From the IMG/VR virus record IMGVR_UViG_3300020182_000041, positions 1 to 57,318 of that record: DNA of 57,318 nucleotides. One strand, 5' to 3'. Under the pieces are notes generated by a model. The model searched no databases and was not told the DNA's origin. It was given only the letters and a program-made list of their open reading frames with translations. The translations under genes were made by a program, and so were the position numbers. The stretch is from a virus (lineage: Duplodnaviria > Caudoviricetes). This document shows positions 48,144-56,984 of the stretch, piece after piece; the first letter of the stretch is position 1, and the number at the start of each line of letters is the position of its first letter.

Positions 48144-49112
48144 TTACCACATGTCTTCAAAATCCTCACCCTCGTTCGCTTTTGAGTAATCAGTTGGCCT
48201 AATCGCAAAAAAGTCAGTATGGGTAACGCCCCCGGTAAGATGATAAAACCAATCAAGATTACCTGCTGCATTCTTGTCATAGGCAAAGTAATTCCCAAGG
48301 TCAATATAGCCAAGCTCCACAAGTTTTTCATTTGTTCTTTTCTTTATAAAATGTTTTAGGTCATTAGCAGATATACCTTCTATATCTCCCATCTCAAACA
48401 TTTTATTAATGTAAATGGTTTCTAATTTAACCATCGCTTCAGCAGCATTTATCACGTCTTCACGACATAAATTTAATAACTGATTGTTTTCACTGCACAT
48501 ATGGCGAAACAATGAGCAGCCCATTTTACTATGCAATGATTCATCTCTAACAGACCACTTCATTTGTTGTCCAATACCTTTTAAAAGGTTTCTCATTTGA
48601 AAACTATATAATACAGCAAAAGCAGAATAAAGGCTAACCCCTTCAGCAAATGCACTAAATACAGCGAGAGACTTAGCAATGCCAATCTCAGAATTACCTT
48701 TATACGCAACGAGATTTTCAAATCTTTTAGCCGTAGCAGGTTCGTGTAAAAATGCTTCATAATCTTCTAATCCTAATGTTTCGTTCAAATAACTATAAGC
48801 AACAGCGTGAACTGTTTCTTGTGATCCGAACATCATCGCCATTTGTTGTATCTCGTGTTTAGGAAACCACGATACGACGTTCTGGGTCCAGTAATCTGAA
48901 ACGGCGCACTCGGTTTGCGCGAATCCAAGAAGTATGTTCCCAACAAGGTTTTTTTCTTTCTCATCTAATTTTTCTTTCCAATCTTTAATATCACTTTGCA
49001 TTGAAATTTCAGTGTGTAACCAAAATGCTTGAGCTTGTTTTAACCAACCCTCAGTATAATACTCTGGGTACTCAAAAGGTTTATATGCAATTCTTTCATC
49101 AAATAATCCCAT
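48144..49112 (-). CDS. nrdB: Ribonucleotide reductase beta subunit, class Id-like
   Basis: AQTE, ETVHAVAY, AEGVSLYSAF, RDESLH, C-terminal DFFA..PTDY. Confidence 0.95.
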   Translation of the reverse strand: MGLFDERIAYKPFEYPEYYTEGWLKQAQAFWLHTEISMQSDIKDWKEKLDEKEKNLVGNILLGFAQTECAVSDYWTQNVVSWFPKHEIQQMAMMFGSQETVHAVAYSYLNETLGLEDYEAFLHEPATAKRFENLVAYKGNSEIGIAKSLAVFSAFAEGVSLYSAFAVLYSFQMRNLLKGIGQQMKWSVRDESLHSKMGCSLFRHMCSENNQLLNLCREDVINAAEAMVKLETIYINKMFEMGDIEGISANDLKHFIKKRTNEKLVELGYIDLGNYFAYDKNAAGNLDWFYHLTGGVTHTDFFAIRPTDYSKANEGEDFEDMW

Positions 49113-49124
49113 TATTTTTATTTA

Positions 49125-49277
49125 TTAATTATAAAATGTTAAAGCTAAATCAATAAAAGGTATGTATAGCACAACAGTTGTATGCTCAGGCTCTTCATAG
49201 GTTCTTATGCCAAACAATACACCAGGATACGATCCTATTTCTAATGTCCATGCTGCCTTTGATTCATCTTCTTTCAT
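49125..49277 (-). CDS. 50-aa hypothetical protein (not in ORF track)
   Basis: MKEDESKAAWTLEIGSYPGVLFGIRTY...VLYIPFIDLALTFYN; ATGA coupling. Confidence 0.65.
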   Translation of the reverse strand: MKEDESKAAWTLEIGSYPGVLFGIRTYEEPEHTTVVLYIPFIDLALTFYN

Positions 49278-49438
49278 ATTATTCCGTATTTTTTTTGTAA
49301 TTCAACAATATCTTTGTATTTAATTTTACCTTTAACTTCCCAGCTCCATTTAACAAACTTATCAATTTGACGCTCAGCGTATTTCTGCCTAGCTATTCGC
49401 TTCGCTTGGAAAGGATTAACTTTACTGTCTCTTCGCAT
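49274..49438 (-). CDS. 54-aa basic hypothetical protein (not in ORF track)
   Basis: MRRDSKVNPFQAKRIARQKYAERQIDKF...KYGII; fills the gap between neighbours. Confidence 0.6.
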   Translation of the reverse strand: MRRDSKVNPFQAKRIARQKYAERQIDKFVKWSWEVKGKIKYKDIVELQKKYGII

Positions 49439-49851
49439 TCTTTTTGATTTTGTGGTTTGTATAATGTTACATTCGGGAATTGATTCATAACAAGTCTTTT
49501 AAACAACTTCCAACGCATTGGAAATGATTCATTAGCTCTACCTTTAGTTTCAATTATAAAATCATCACCAATAAAATCAGGAGTATATTTAATTGGTAAG
49601 ATTCTTTTCTCGCCTCTATTTTTATAATCTCCTTTACCATTAGCTTGTCTTTCATAAACTTTGTTTTCAAAATGAAAACCTGGTAGTAATACAAAGGTTT
49701 CACCTTCATACTTGTTTTTAATCTTAGCGTTTTTTAAAGCAACATACATATGCTTCTCAAGACCTGACGCAAAGTCAATACCATCATATGATACCTTTTT
49801 TGCTCTTACTGGTCCACGCTTTCCGCTTTTTCTTTTAAATTGTTTTCTCAT
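49393..49851 (-). CDS. PD-(D/E)xK endonuclease, T7 endonuclease I-like
   Basis: FASGLE, YEGE, YTPDF, IIETKG. Confidence 0.8.
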   Translation of the reverse strand: MRKQFKRKSGKRGPVRAKKVSYDGIDFASGLEKHMYVALKNAKIKNKYEGETFVLLPGFHFENKVYERQANGKGDYKNRGEKRILPIKYTPDFIGDDFIIETKGRANESFPMRWKLFKRLVMNQFPNVTLYKPQNQKECEETVKLILSKRSE

Positions 49852-50095
49852 CTATAACGTCTAAGTCGGATAATAAATCTTCTTGAAGATTTTCTGTATA
49901 TGTTTCTTTAGCTTTTTGAAGATACAATACAGCATCCATTAATTCTTCTTGTAAATGATTAAGCCATTCAAACATTGTTGAAGGATCTTGTTCAAGAGTT
50001 ACGCCGTATTTTTTAAAGCCTACATCTGATCTAGATACAAATTTATTAACAACACGCTTAACTACTGGATCTCTAAATTCTATTTCTTGTTTCAT
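49835..50095 (-). CDS. Small all-alpha protein, possibly MazG/dNTP pyrophosphatase superfamily
   Basis: GFKKYGVTL...WLNHLQEELMDAVLY acidic helix motif. Confidence 0.5.
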   Translation of the reverse strand: MKQEIEFRDPVVKRVVNKFVSRSDVGFKKYGVTLEQDPSTMFEWLNHLQEELMDAVLYLQKAKETYTENLQEDLLSDLDVIDEKTI

Positions 50096-50847
50096 TATAG
50101 TGTTTGTTTAACGAAGGTTCCATTCTCCATCTTGCCTACACGATTTTTTATTACAGTATATGCAGAGTCAATACAATCTTCAATGGTTACATTTTCTAAT
50201 GCTGCTAAGTTAGTCAAAACTACGACAATATCCCCTATTGCATCAATAATTTCTGGCTTATCCTTAGTAAGTAATGCTTTTGCTAACTCACCAGTTTCTT
50301 CCATTAATTTAACATACTGTGTTTTGCTATCTCCTTTATCATATATGCCTTTAGCATGAGCCCACTGTCTTATTAATTCAAATCTATCTTCTTTATTCCA
50401 TGATTGACTAAATGCAGCAGCAAATGCTTTATTATATATATAAGATCTATGATCATTAAACATTGATCTTTTTGCGTTAGCCATAATCCATGTAATTGTT
50501 TCAAGCGTTAATTCAAAGTCACCGTGGTCTGTAGACCATTTAACCCCAACGTTATCCATTAAATTACCTTTTAACTTGTTTAATGGGAAGGGGAATGTAC
50601 TTGTCTGCTCTGTAGCGTTAATTTTCATTTTATTTGATTTGATTAAATTCTTATAAGACTGTCTATCAATCTTATAGCCATAAGACTTTTGAAGCTCTAT
50701 TTCCTTATATGACACATAATCAATGTCATCGCTAGTAAGTAGAACTTCGTATTCGTCTGAAGCATAGCCTTGCTGCTCCGTAACTCTATTATTAAGATTA
50801 CGTGTAACTCCTATTTTTTTACCTGGAATGTGATAAATATAATACAT
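50095..50847 (-). CDS. MazG-like nucleotide pyrophosphohydrolase with N-terminal GIY-YIG-like domain
   Basis: C-terminal KLMEETGELA...DAIGD...IKNRVGKMENGTFVK; N-terminal YYIYHI..KIGVT.NL..R. Confidence 0.75.
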   Translation of the reverse strand: MYYIYHIPGKKIGVTRNLNNRVTEQQGYASDEYEVLLTSDDIDYVSYKEIELQKSYGYKIDRQSYKNLIKSNKMKINATEQTSTFPFPLNKLKGNLMDNVGVKWSTDHGDFELTLETITWIMANAKRSMFNDHRSYIYNKAFAAAFSQSWNKEDRFELIRQWAHAKGIYDKGDSKTQYVKLMEETGELAKALLTKDKPEIIDAIGDIVVVLTNLAALENVTIEDCIDSAYTVIKNRVGKMENGTFVKQTL

Positions 50848-50855
50848 ATTTTTAG

Positions 50856-51668
50856 TTATTTGCCAACACTTAACTTTGCTTTTATTGCAGCGTAAGGATT
50901 GTAGTTAATTAATTTAATTTCATTAGCTTCCGGGATATTCATTGAAATATCTAATCCTGAAGATAATTGTAACTTTGGTAAAGCTCTATTAGGCCTACTC
51001 AAATATAATTTAGCTTGATCTAAGTGATTGTTATATAAATGACAATCTCCAAGTTGACCAATCAATTCACCTGGTATTAAATTAGCTCCTTTAGCTAACA
51101 TCTCCAGTAACAGTCCATACATTGCAATATCATAAGGTAATCCTAAAAAAGTATCTACTGATCTTTGTAACCACATTAGATCTAATTTACCGTTATTGAT
51201 ATAAACTTGAAAAGCATAATGACAAGGGGGCAGTGCCATATCTTTCATATCTTGTGGAGCCCATGCGCTGACCATTAAGCGTCTTGAACTTGGATTGTTC
51301 TTAATGCTATACACAATATTTTTAAGCTGATCTACGCCCTCGAAATCACGCCACTGTTTTCCATATACCGGACCTAATGTTTCGTCTGTTCTACCTGAGC
51401 GTTCGTAATCAGGTCTCCAATATTTAACACCGTTATCTTCTAAGTATTTAAGATCAGTTCTACCTTGTAATATCCAGAGCAATTCTGTTCTTGCTGCATT
51501 AAAAGAAATTTTCTTTCCAGTTAATAAGGGGAACCCGTCAGCCATCTGGTGTCGGATAGTTCTTCCGAAGATAGATCGCGTCCCAGTGCCTGTTCGGTCC
51601 TCCTTATGTAATCCTGTGTTGAGTATTTGTGATAATAATCCTCTGTATTCATTTTCTATGTTTGTCAT
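50856..51668 (-). CDS. thyA: Thymidylate synthase (ThyA) family enzyme with Asn-to-Asp specificity change
   Basis: DRTGTGT, ELLW, GPVYG, LPPCH, QRSVD, HLYNNH; LGLPYDIA where LGLPFNIA is canonical. Confidence 0.9.
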   Translation of the reverse strand: MTNIENEYRGLLSQILNTGLHKEDRTGTGTRSIFGRTIRHQMADGFPLLTGKKISFNAARTELLWILQGRTDLKYLEDNGVKYWRPDYERSGRTDETLGPVYGKQWRDFEGVDQLKNIVYSIKNNPSSRRLMVSAWAPQDMKDMALPPCHYAFQVYINNGKLDLMWLQRSVDTFLGLPYDIAMYGLLLEMLAKGANLIPGELIGQLGDCHLYNNHLDQAKLYLSRPNRALPKLQLSSGLDISMNIPEANEIKLINYNPYAAIKAKLSVGK

Positions 51669-51912
51669 AATAATATTTACAAAATTCAAAGCATTTCTGC
51701 CATATAATAGTTTTTTCGTAAGCTTCAGGAGATACGTTAGTTTTACCTTTATTTGTTATAGTTACATACCATTCAGTAGTTGACTTTGCTTTTGGTGAAA
51801 TAGCTATGCCATTATTTACACACCATCTATAAGCTTCCCAGTCTTTTTTGTTATAACCAGTTACGCCCATGTCTACAGAACCTTTACGTTTTTTTCCTAA
51901 GCCACTACCCAT
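51649..51912 (-). CDS. Hypothetical protein
   Basis: 87 aa, abuts the primase stop. Confidence 0.65.
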   Translation of the reverse strand: MGSGLGKKRKGSVDMGVTGYNKKDWEAYRWCVNNGIAISPKAKSTTEWYVTITNKGKTNVSPEAYEKTIIWQKCFEFCKYYYDKHRK

Positions 51913-53622
51913 TTATTCCCACGGCATTTTTTCGCCGGCTAAATTTAATTGTTCATGCGGTATAAAACAACCTGACTTTGGATCCCATTTAAAATGAGCT
52001 TCAGCTTGGTTAGTACCTAAGTTTTGAAACTTAACTTTTAATACCTTAGCTTTAACAGTATTGTCTGCGTAGTTTCTGTGTACTAATATACCATGATAAG
52101 ATGCATCATACCATTCACCACCCCCTTTAATAGAATACATTGTAGGCTCTTCAATCTGTCCATTTTGATTCTTATACATTTTAGTTGGGTGAGCAACGAT
52201 AAACACTAATACGTCATACTTCTTAGCAAACATCTCTATCTTGCTTAAGTATTCCATAGTATATCTATTGACATCTTCCGTCTTACAATCTACATCTCTT
52301 ACTTTATTAAATGGATCTATAACTAAACATTTAATACCTTTACGTTTAACTAGCTCAGCACCTTTCTTAAGTACTGATTCTAGAGTGTAACGTTCCATGT
52401 CAATGTGAAAGTAATTAGTATTACAATGATCTGCTATCTGATTCCAGCGTTCCCCTCCAATATCTTCTCTTGTTGGCATACCTTGCCAAGTCTTACGCAT
52501 CAACTTATGTGCGTGAAGATATGTTGGTACATTCTCTGGCGAAGCGAAAGCTGTTTTCCAACCATAGTTCGCATTGTAGCCGATAACCATTTGATCGACA
52601 AAATCACTTTTACCGGAACTAGGTATACCAGTGACAGTAATAAATTGACCGGTATAAGTTGAAAATATATCGTCAAAGTTCTGTAAACCGATTTGAAACC
52701 CTGGCTTAAAGCCATTACGAACAAAGTCTGTAACCTCGTCTTCGACATCTCTGAAAGTAGTAACATTTTCAAGCGGTACTGGTCTTGCTCCTGTAATACG
52801 CTTTGATAGTTCTTCTTTTCCATGTTTTTGTAAATATTCGTTTGCGTCCTTGCAATCATCAAATGAAACTAAATAACAAACTTCTGAACCTAATCTACGT
52901 ATAAGTTCTGATTGTAATGCTTGTCCTGCTTCATCATTGTCTACTGCTAATATAATTTTTTCTTTGTCTTCAAAGTAATCTATACAAGCATCTAAGTATT
53001 CAAGGTTATTTGTGTTAAGCGTAGCTCCATTAGGAACTGATATTGCATTTGGTATTCCAGCTTCATGTAGTGCAAGCACGTCCATTTCACCTTCAACAAT
53101 AACACAATACTCATATCCTATTATACTATTTATATTATAGAATACTTTTTCAGCACCTTTATATAATTTAAAGTTTTTTCTACCATCACGATACTTAACG
53201 TTTATAAGCTGATCGCCCATGAAGTAGTTAAACTTTATAACATTCTCGGTTTTACCGGTCTGTGGCATATACTCAGGACCTTCACTAATCCTTAGATCAG
53301 TTAAGGTCTCTTGAGAAATACCTCTTGTATTAAACCATTCAACCACCTTGCTAGCTGGAGGATTATGCTTAACCTCAGTAGGTCTTACATATACCTTTTC
53401 ACTAGCTCCTTTACGTTGATACGTATGTAGTTGAAATGATGTATTACAATTATGACAAGTACCAAGACCACGTTCCCAATCATAAGACGCGCATTTTGCC
53501 TTTTGATTCTTGGGTTTTCTATCAGGAGAACAATTAGGGCATATACCCTGTTTCTTTCCTTCTTCAAGCTTATGTTGATTGAATTCATCAATCAAAAATC
53601 CATTGATCTCTGTTGTCTGCAT
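51913..53622 (-). CDS. Primase-helicase (T7 gp4/Twinkle-like)
   Basis: CPNC..CHNC zinc domain, TOPRIM EGEMD and DNDEAG, Walker A GIPSSGKS, IDPFN, VAHP. Confidence 0.93.
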   Translation of the reverse strand: MQTTEINGFLIDEFNQHKLEEGKKQGICPNCSPDRKPKNQKAKCASYDWERGLGTCHNCNTSFQLHTYQRKGASEKVYVRPTEVKHNPPASKVVEWFNTRGISQETLTDLRISEGPEYMPQTGKTENVIKFNYFMGDQLINVKYRDGRKNFKLYKGAEKVFYNINSIIGYEYCVIVEGEMDVLALHEAGIPNAISVPNGATLNTNNLEYLDACIDYFEDKEKIILAVDNDEAGQALQSELIRRLGSEVCYLVSFDDCKDANEYLQKHGKEELSKRITGARPVPLENVTTFRDVEDEVTDFVRNGFKPGFQIGLQNFDDIFSTYTGQFITVTGIPSSGKSDFVDQMVIGYNANYGWKTAFASPENVPTYLHAHKLMRKTWQGMPTREDIGGERWNQIADHCNTNYFHIDMERYTLESVLKKGAELVKRKGIKCLVIDPFNKVRDVDCKTEDVNRYTMEYLSKIEMFAKKYDVLVFIVAHPTKMYKNQNGQIEEPTMYSIKGGGEWYDASYHGILVHRNYADNTVKAKVLKVKFQNLGTNQAEAHFKWDPKSGCFIPHEQLNLAGEKMPWE

Positions 53623-53654
53623 TTAATTGCGATATTTAATTTAATTTAATTTAA

Positions 53655-53762
53655 TTATTCTCCATCTCTACAGTCGGGACATATGTCACAAAAATCTATC
53701 TCTTCTTGAGACATGCCAGCATGACACATTTGACATGCTAGCTCTCCATTATTCCTATACAT
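53655..53762 (-). CDS. 35-aa Cys-rich zinc-ribbon microprotein (not in ORF track)
   Basis: MYRNNGELACQMCHAGMSQEEIDFCDICPDCRDGE; TAATG-coupled to the SSB-like gene. Confidence 0.65.
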   Translation of the reverse strand: MYRNNGELACQMCHAGMSQEEIDFCDICPDCRDGE

Positions 53763-54070
53763 TAAAAAGGTAAATCATCTGCCTGAGGCGTTAATGATTG
53801 AGCTGGTGCTTGTTGTCCATCTCTAGGTGCTGCTGCAACATTGTCTCCATTAGTCCATACAACTTTAACATTTCCTAAATAAACTTTAGCTACTTTAGCT
53901 TCACGTTCTTCTTTAGATTGTTCTACTACTACTGGTCCTTGATTACCAAATTGATCTACTTCATCATTAATAGTAATTGTAATCGGTAAATACTTACCTT
54001 TCTTACCCACATAGATTTTGTCTTTAGGGATTTCATTTAAATTGATACTCGCTTTAATAATTGATGCCAT
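53762..54070 (-). CDS. Putative single-stranded DNA-binding protein
   Basis: GKKGKYL, beta-rich core, acidic DDLPF C-terminus. Confidence 0.7.
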   Translation of the reverse strand: MASIIKASINLNEIPKDKIYVGKKGKYLPITITINDEVDQFGNQGPVVVEQSKEEREAKVAKVYLGNVKVVWTNGDNVAAAPRDGQQAPAQSLTPQADDLPF

Positions 54071-54135
54071 TGTTTTTAATTTTAATTGTTATTTATATAA
54101 ATTATCTGTACTCTGTCGTATTACGTTTGTAAATT

Positions 54136-54867
54136 TTACAACGTCTGATTAATGAAATAATTCTCCGATTTAAAATCTGGATTTTCATAAAACAGTTTGT
54201 ATGCTTCACAGGCTCTCTCTACTTTGTCTTTACCTTTTGCATAAAACTCAGGAGAGCAATCGTATATACCTATTTGATTTGTTGTCTTGTCTATAGCTAT
54301 AAAAATTAATTCATATCCAAACAACTCTCGGTATATATAAGCTTGACTGTTATAGTTATACTTCGATGCTGAGTAACGAAATTTTGTAATGTCAGCGGTA
54401 GTTTTAAGATCAATCACTAGTTTTTGACTGTGATTAATAATATCAGCTTTACCTTTCCATAATCTTCCATTAATCTCTGCAATTCCAGGGACTTCGTATT
54501 CAACAACTCCTTCACGTATTAAATCAAGGCATACTTCGTTCGACAGCATGGTGTCAATCATTACCTCTAATTTGTCTACTTCTGATTGCAATAAACACAT
54601 CTCACCCCCTGAGATCTCTCTGTACGCTTTAGTATTCCTAGTTGATGCTTCCACTATTCTGAATTTTTTAAGCTTATCTGGCTCTAAAATTGCAGTGTGA
54701 AAGTAACCACCAACTAAGAATGCAGGGATTTGTTTTTGTGGATCCCTAAGTGCAAGAGGATTAGTTAATAGCGTAGAGATATCTGAGTTGCTTAAAAATT
54801 GCTTTCCAAACTTACCGTAGTAATGCTCATCTTCTCTTAGCTTTTCTAATTCTTCTTTTCTGGTCAT
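54136..54867 (-). CDS. RecE/exonuclease VIII-like PD-(D/E)xK exonuclease
   Basis: LSNSDI, GGYFHTAILE, KGKADII, IDLKTT, YNSQAYIY. Confidence 0.85.
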   Translation of the reverse strand: MTRKEELEKLREDEHYYGKFGKQFLSNSDISTLLTNPLALRDPQKQIPAFLVGGYFHTAILEPDKLKKFRIVEASTRNTKAYREISGGEMCLLQSEVDKLEVMIDTMLSNEVCLDLIREGVVEYEVPGIAEINGRLWKGKADIINHSQKLVIDLKTTADITKFRYSASKYNYNSQAYIYRELFGYELIFIAIDKTTNQIGIYDCSPEFYAKGKDKVERACEAYKLFYENPDFKSENYFINQTL

Positions 54868-55379
54868 AAAGTTTTTAGTATTTCAGCAGGTATTTCATAT
54901 TTGCCTTTGATGGCTTCTAAACTTCCTCCTGCTTTTAAGAAAGCTTTTGCTTTTGTTAATGCTGCACCTTCAAGCTTAGGCTTAGATTTACCATGTGCAT
55001 TTGTTGCATCACTGTCTGCTGTATCATCTATTAAGAATAGATTACCCAGGGCATATTTTTTTCCGTAACTAGAGGCACTACCAAATTTTTGAGGCATTTG
55101 CATACCTTTTTGATTTAGATCAACACCAACAATAGACGTAGCGTGTATAGCATCAGTTCCATCGGTGATAGTAGCTTTAGATTCTAGTATAGGAAAATCA
55201 GTACTGGATATTAATGTTTCATTAATAGTAACTGATACACCTAACTCTAGCAAATAAGGTTTAGTGGCTTCTAAAATATCTTCAGCTGATCGAAAGTTAT
55301 ACTTTCCGAAGGAATTGAATCTACTTTTTTTAGATTTGAATTTTGTCTGGATGGTGGCCAGCTTTTCATTTAGTTTCAT
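54864..55379 (-). CDS. erf: ERF-family ssDNA annealing protein
   Basis: YNFRSAEDILEA, QKFGSASSYGKKYAL..LF.IDD..DSD. Confidence 0.88.
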   Translation of the reverse strand: MKLNEKLATIQTKFKSKKSRFNSFGKYNFRSAEDILEATKPYLLELGVSVTINETLISSTDFPILESKATITDGTDAIHATSIVGVDLNQKGMQMPQKFGSASSYGKKYALGNLFLIDDTADSDATNAHGKSKPKLEGAALTKAKAFLKAGGSLEAIKGKYEIPAEILKTL

Positions 55380-55397
55380 TTATTATGGTTTTATGGT

Positions 55398-56147
55398 TTA
55401 TAAATAATCGATCACTTGTGAAGGATCTGTGTTTGCTATTAATTTGTCAATAGCTTCTTTTTTTATTTGAGATATTCTTACGTTCGCGGTTGAAACACTG
55501 ATGCTTAACTTAGATGCGATGTTGTTCGCAGAAGTTCTGTCACAATCTAAACCGAATGACAATCTTAACACTTCATATTGTTGAAAAGTTAAGTACTCTC
55601 TCATTAATCCTAACAGATAAGCATTCATTAAACCTATATTATAAGGTTCTGAGTTATCTTCTATTTGCAATATAGGGTTTTCTTCATCGTTATAATTTTC
55701 ATCGTAGCTAGAAAACACACTATTAAAGAATAATGACACCATTTTGTTATCATCTGGATTCTTGCGGATTTGATTAAGTTTATGCTCAGGGATTTTTACA
55801 TCTCCTCTGTTTATATCTATAGCTCTACGTATTGCTCCTTTAATTCTTTTACTAAAAAATGACTTTAATGTTTTTTCCATGTCTTCCGACTCATTTAACA
55901 TTTCCCAATCTAGCTTATCTACCGCTTTAACTAATCCGGCATTACCTTCTTGTATCAAATCATTTATACTTAAAACTCCTGAAGCTTGCTGAGAAGTTGA
56001 AAACTTTCTAGCTAAGTTCTCTACTAACGGCATGAATGAGATAATTAATTCATCTCTAGTATAATCTGCAAAAGCTTTTTCTTCAGGCATAGAGATTTTT
56101 AAATCTTCTTTATACCTAACGTAATTTTGTATATTATACTTTTTCAT
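55398..56147 (-). CDS. Phage-encoded sigma-70 family factor
   Basis: DLIQEGNAGLVKAVDK region 2, RIKGAIRRAI, region 4 VLRLSFGL...RISQIKKEAIDKL. Confidence 0.88.
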   Translation of the reverse strand: MKKYNIQNYVRYKEDLKISMPEEKAFADYTRDELIISFMPLVENLARKFSTSQQASGVLSINDLIQEGNAGLVKAVDKLDWEMLNESEDMEKTLKSFFSKRIKGAIRRAIDINRGDVKIPEHKLNQIRKNPDDNKMVSLFFNSVFSSYDENYNDEENPILQIEDNSEPYNIGLMNAYLLGLMREYLTFQQYEVLRLSFGLDCDRTSANNIASKLSISVSTANVRISQIKKEAIDKLIANTDPSQVIDYL

Positions 56148-56763
56148 TTTGCTGGTTTAATAGTTCTTTCTCTTTTTTAAGTTCATTCCCCATGTTTCTG
56201 TAAATTGTTCTAGTTGAACACCCTAAATAGTTTGCTAACTTAGATATTGTTATTTTTATGCCGTTACTATTTACTATAATCATTGCGTCGTATATTTCAG
56301 ATTCAGATATTTTTGATCTCCCGATCATCTTACCAACTATCGAAAGCTTCTCTCTCATATCAAGACCTGTGAAGTCTTTAAATATTATTTTACGAAGCTT
56401 ATTAGGTGGTGGTTTATCTAAATCCATAAGGGATACATCGTATACCATGCTTTCAAGTAAATTGTCCGATACTGTAAATGTAACAAATCCGTTTCTATTT
56501 TCACATATATGTTGGGCAATATTTTTAAAAGAATCCTGATCCATTTTAGGATTTAAGTACCATAACACATATAAATGCCATTTAAGGCTCTTATACGTTG
56601 TTATTTTAGCTTTAGAATTAAAGAGTGTATAGCATTCATGCGTACCATTCTCATAGAAAGAACCCCAATCAAAAACCTGTGTAGGTTTATCAGAGATAGG
56701 ATCTCTTTTATATGTTACTCGATGCTTATGTAGATATTCCATTCTTCGTTCAAACTGTGACAT
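56134..56763 (-). CDS. Protein with C-terminal helix-turn-helix
   Basis: TISKLANYLGCSTRTIYR. Confidence 0.7.
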   Translation of the reverse strand: MSQFERRMEYLHKHRVTYKRDPISDKPTQVFDWGSFYENGTHECYTLFNSKAKITTYKSLKWHLYVLWYLNPKMDQDSFKNIAQHICENRNGFVTFTVSDNLLESMVYDVSLMDLDKPPPNKLRKIIFKDFTGLDMREKLSIVGKMIGRSKISESEIYDAMIIVNSNGIKITISKLANYLGCSTRTIYRNMGNELKKEKELLNQQNEKV

Positions 56764-56804
56764 TAGCCTCTTACTATTATATAATACTAGCTAGTGTCGC
56801 ACTA

Positions 56805-56984
56805 CTAATATAAAATTAATTTTAATCTTCTGTTATATTTCAAAAGAAGCATTGCTTCAATTTTTTCTGGTTTTTTACCGCTTAATGCTCTCTGAAAAAT
56901 ATTATTATGCAATTCAGCTATTCTCGCTTTCAACAAAGCTATGTGTTGCAGCTTTCTTCTTTGTTTTTTTAGTTTTATTATCAT
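56805..56984 (-). CDS. 59-aa basic hypothetical protein (not in ORF track)
   Basis: MIIKLKKQRRKLQHIALLKARI...LILY; TAATG coupling. Confidence 0.6.
   Translation of the reverse strand: MIIKLKKQRRKLQHIALLKARIAELHNNIFQRALSGKKPEKIEAMLLLKYNRRLKLILY

Noticed and set aside
53720-53735. CxxCH haem-binding motif (CQMCH)
   Set aside because: 35-aa peptide with no export signal and additional Cys pairs; zinc ribbon is more plausible
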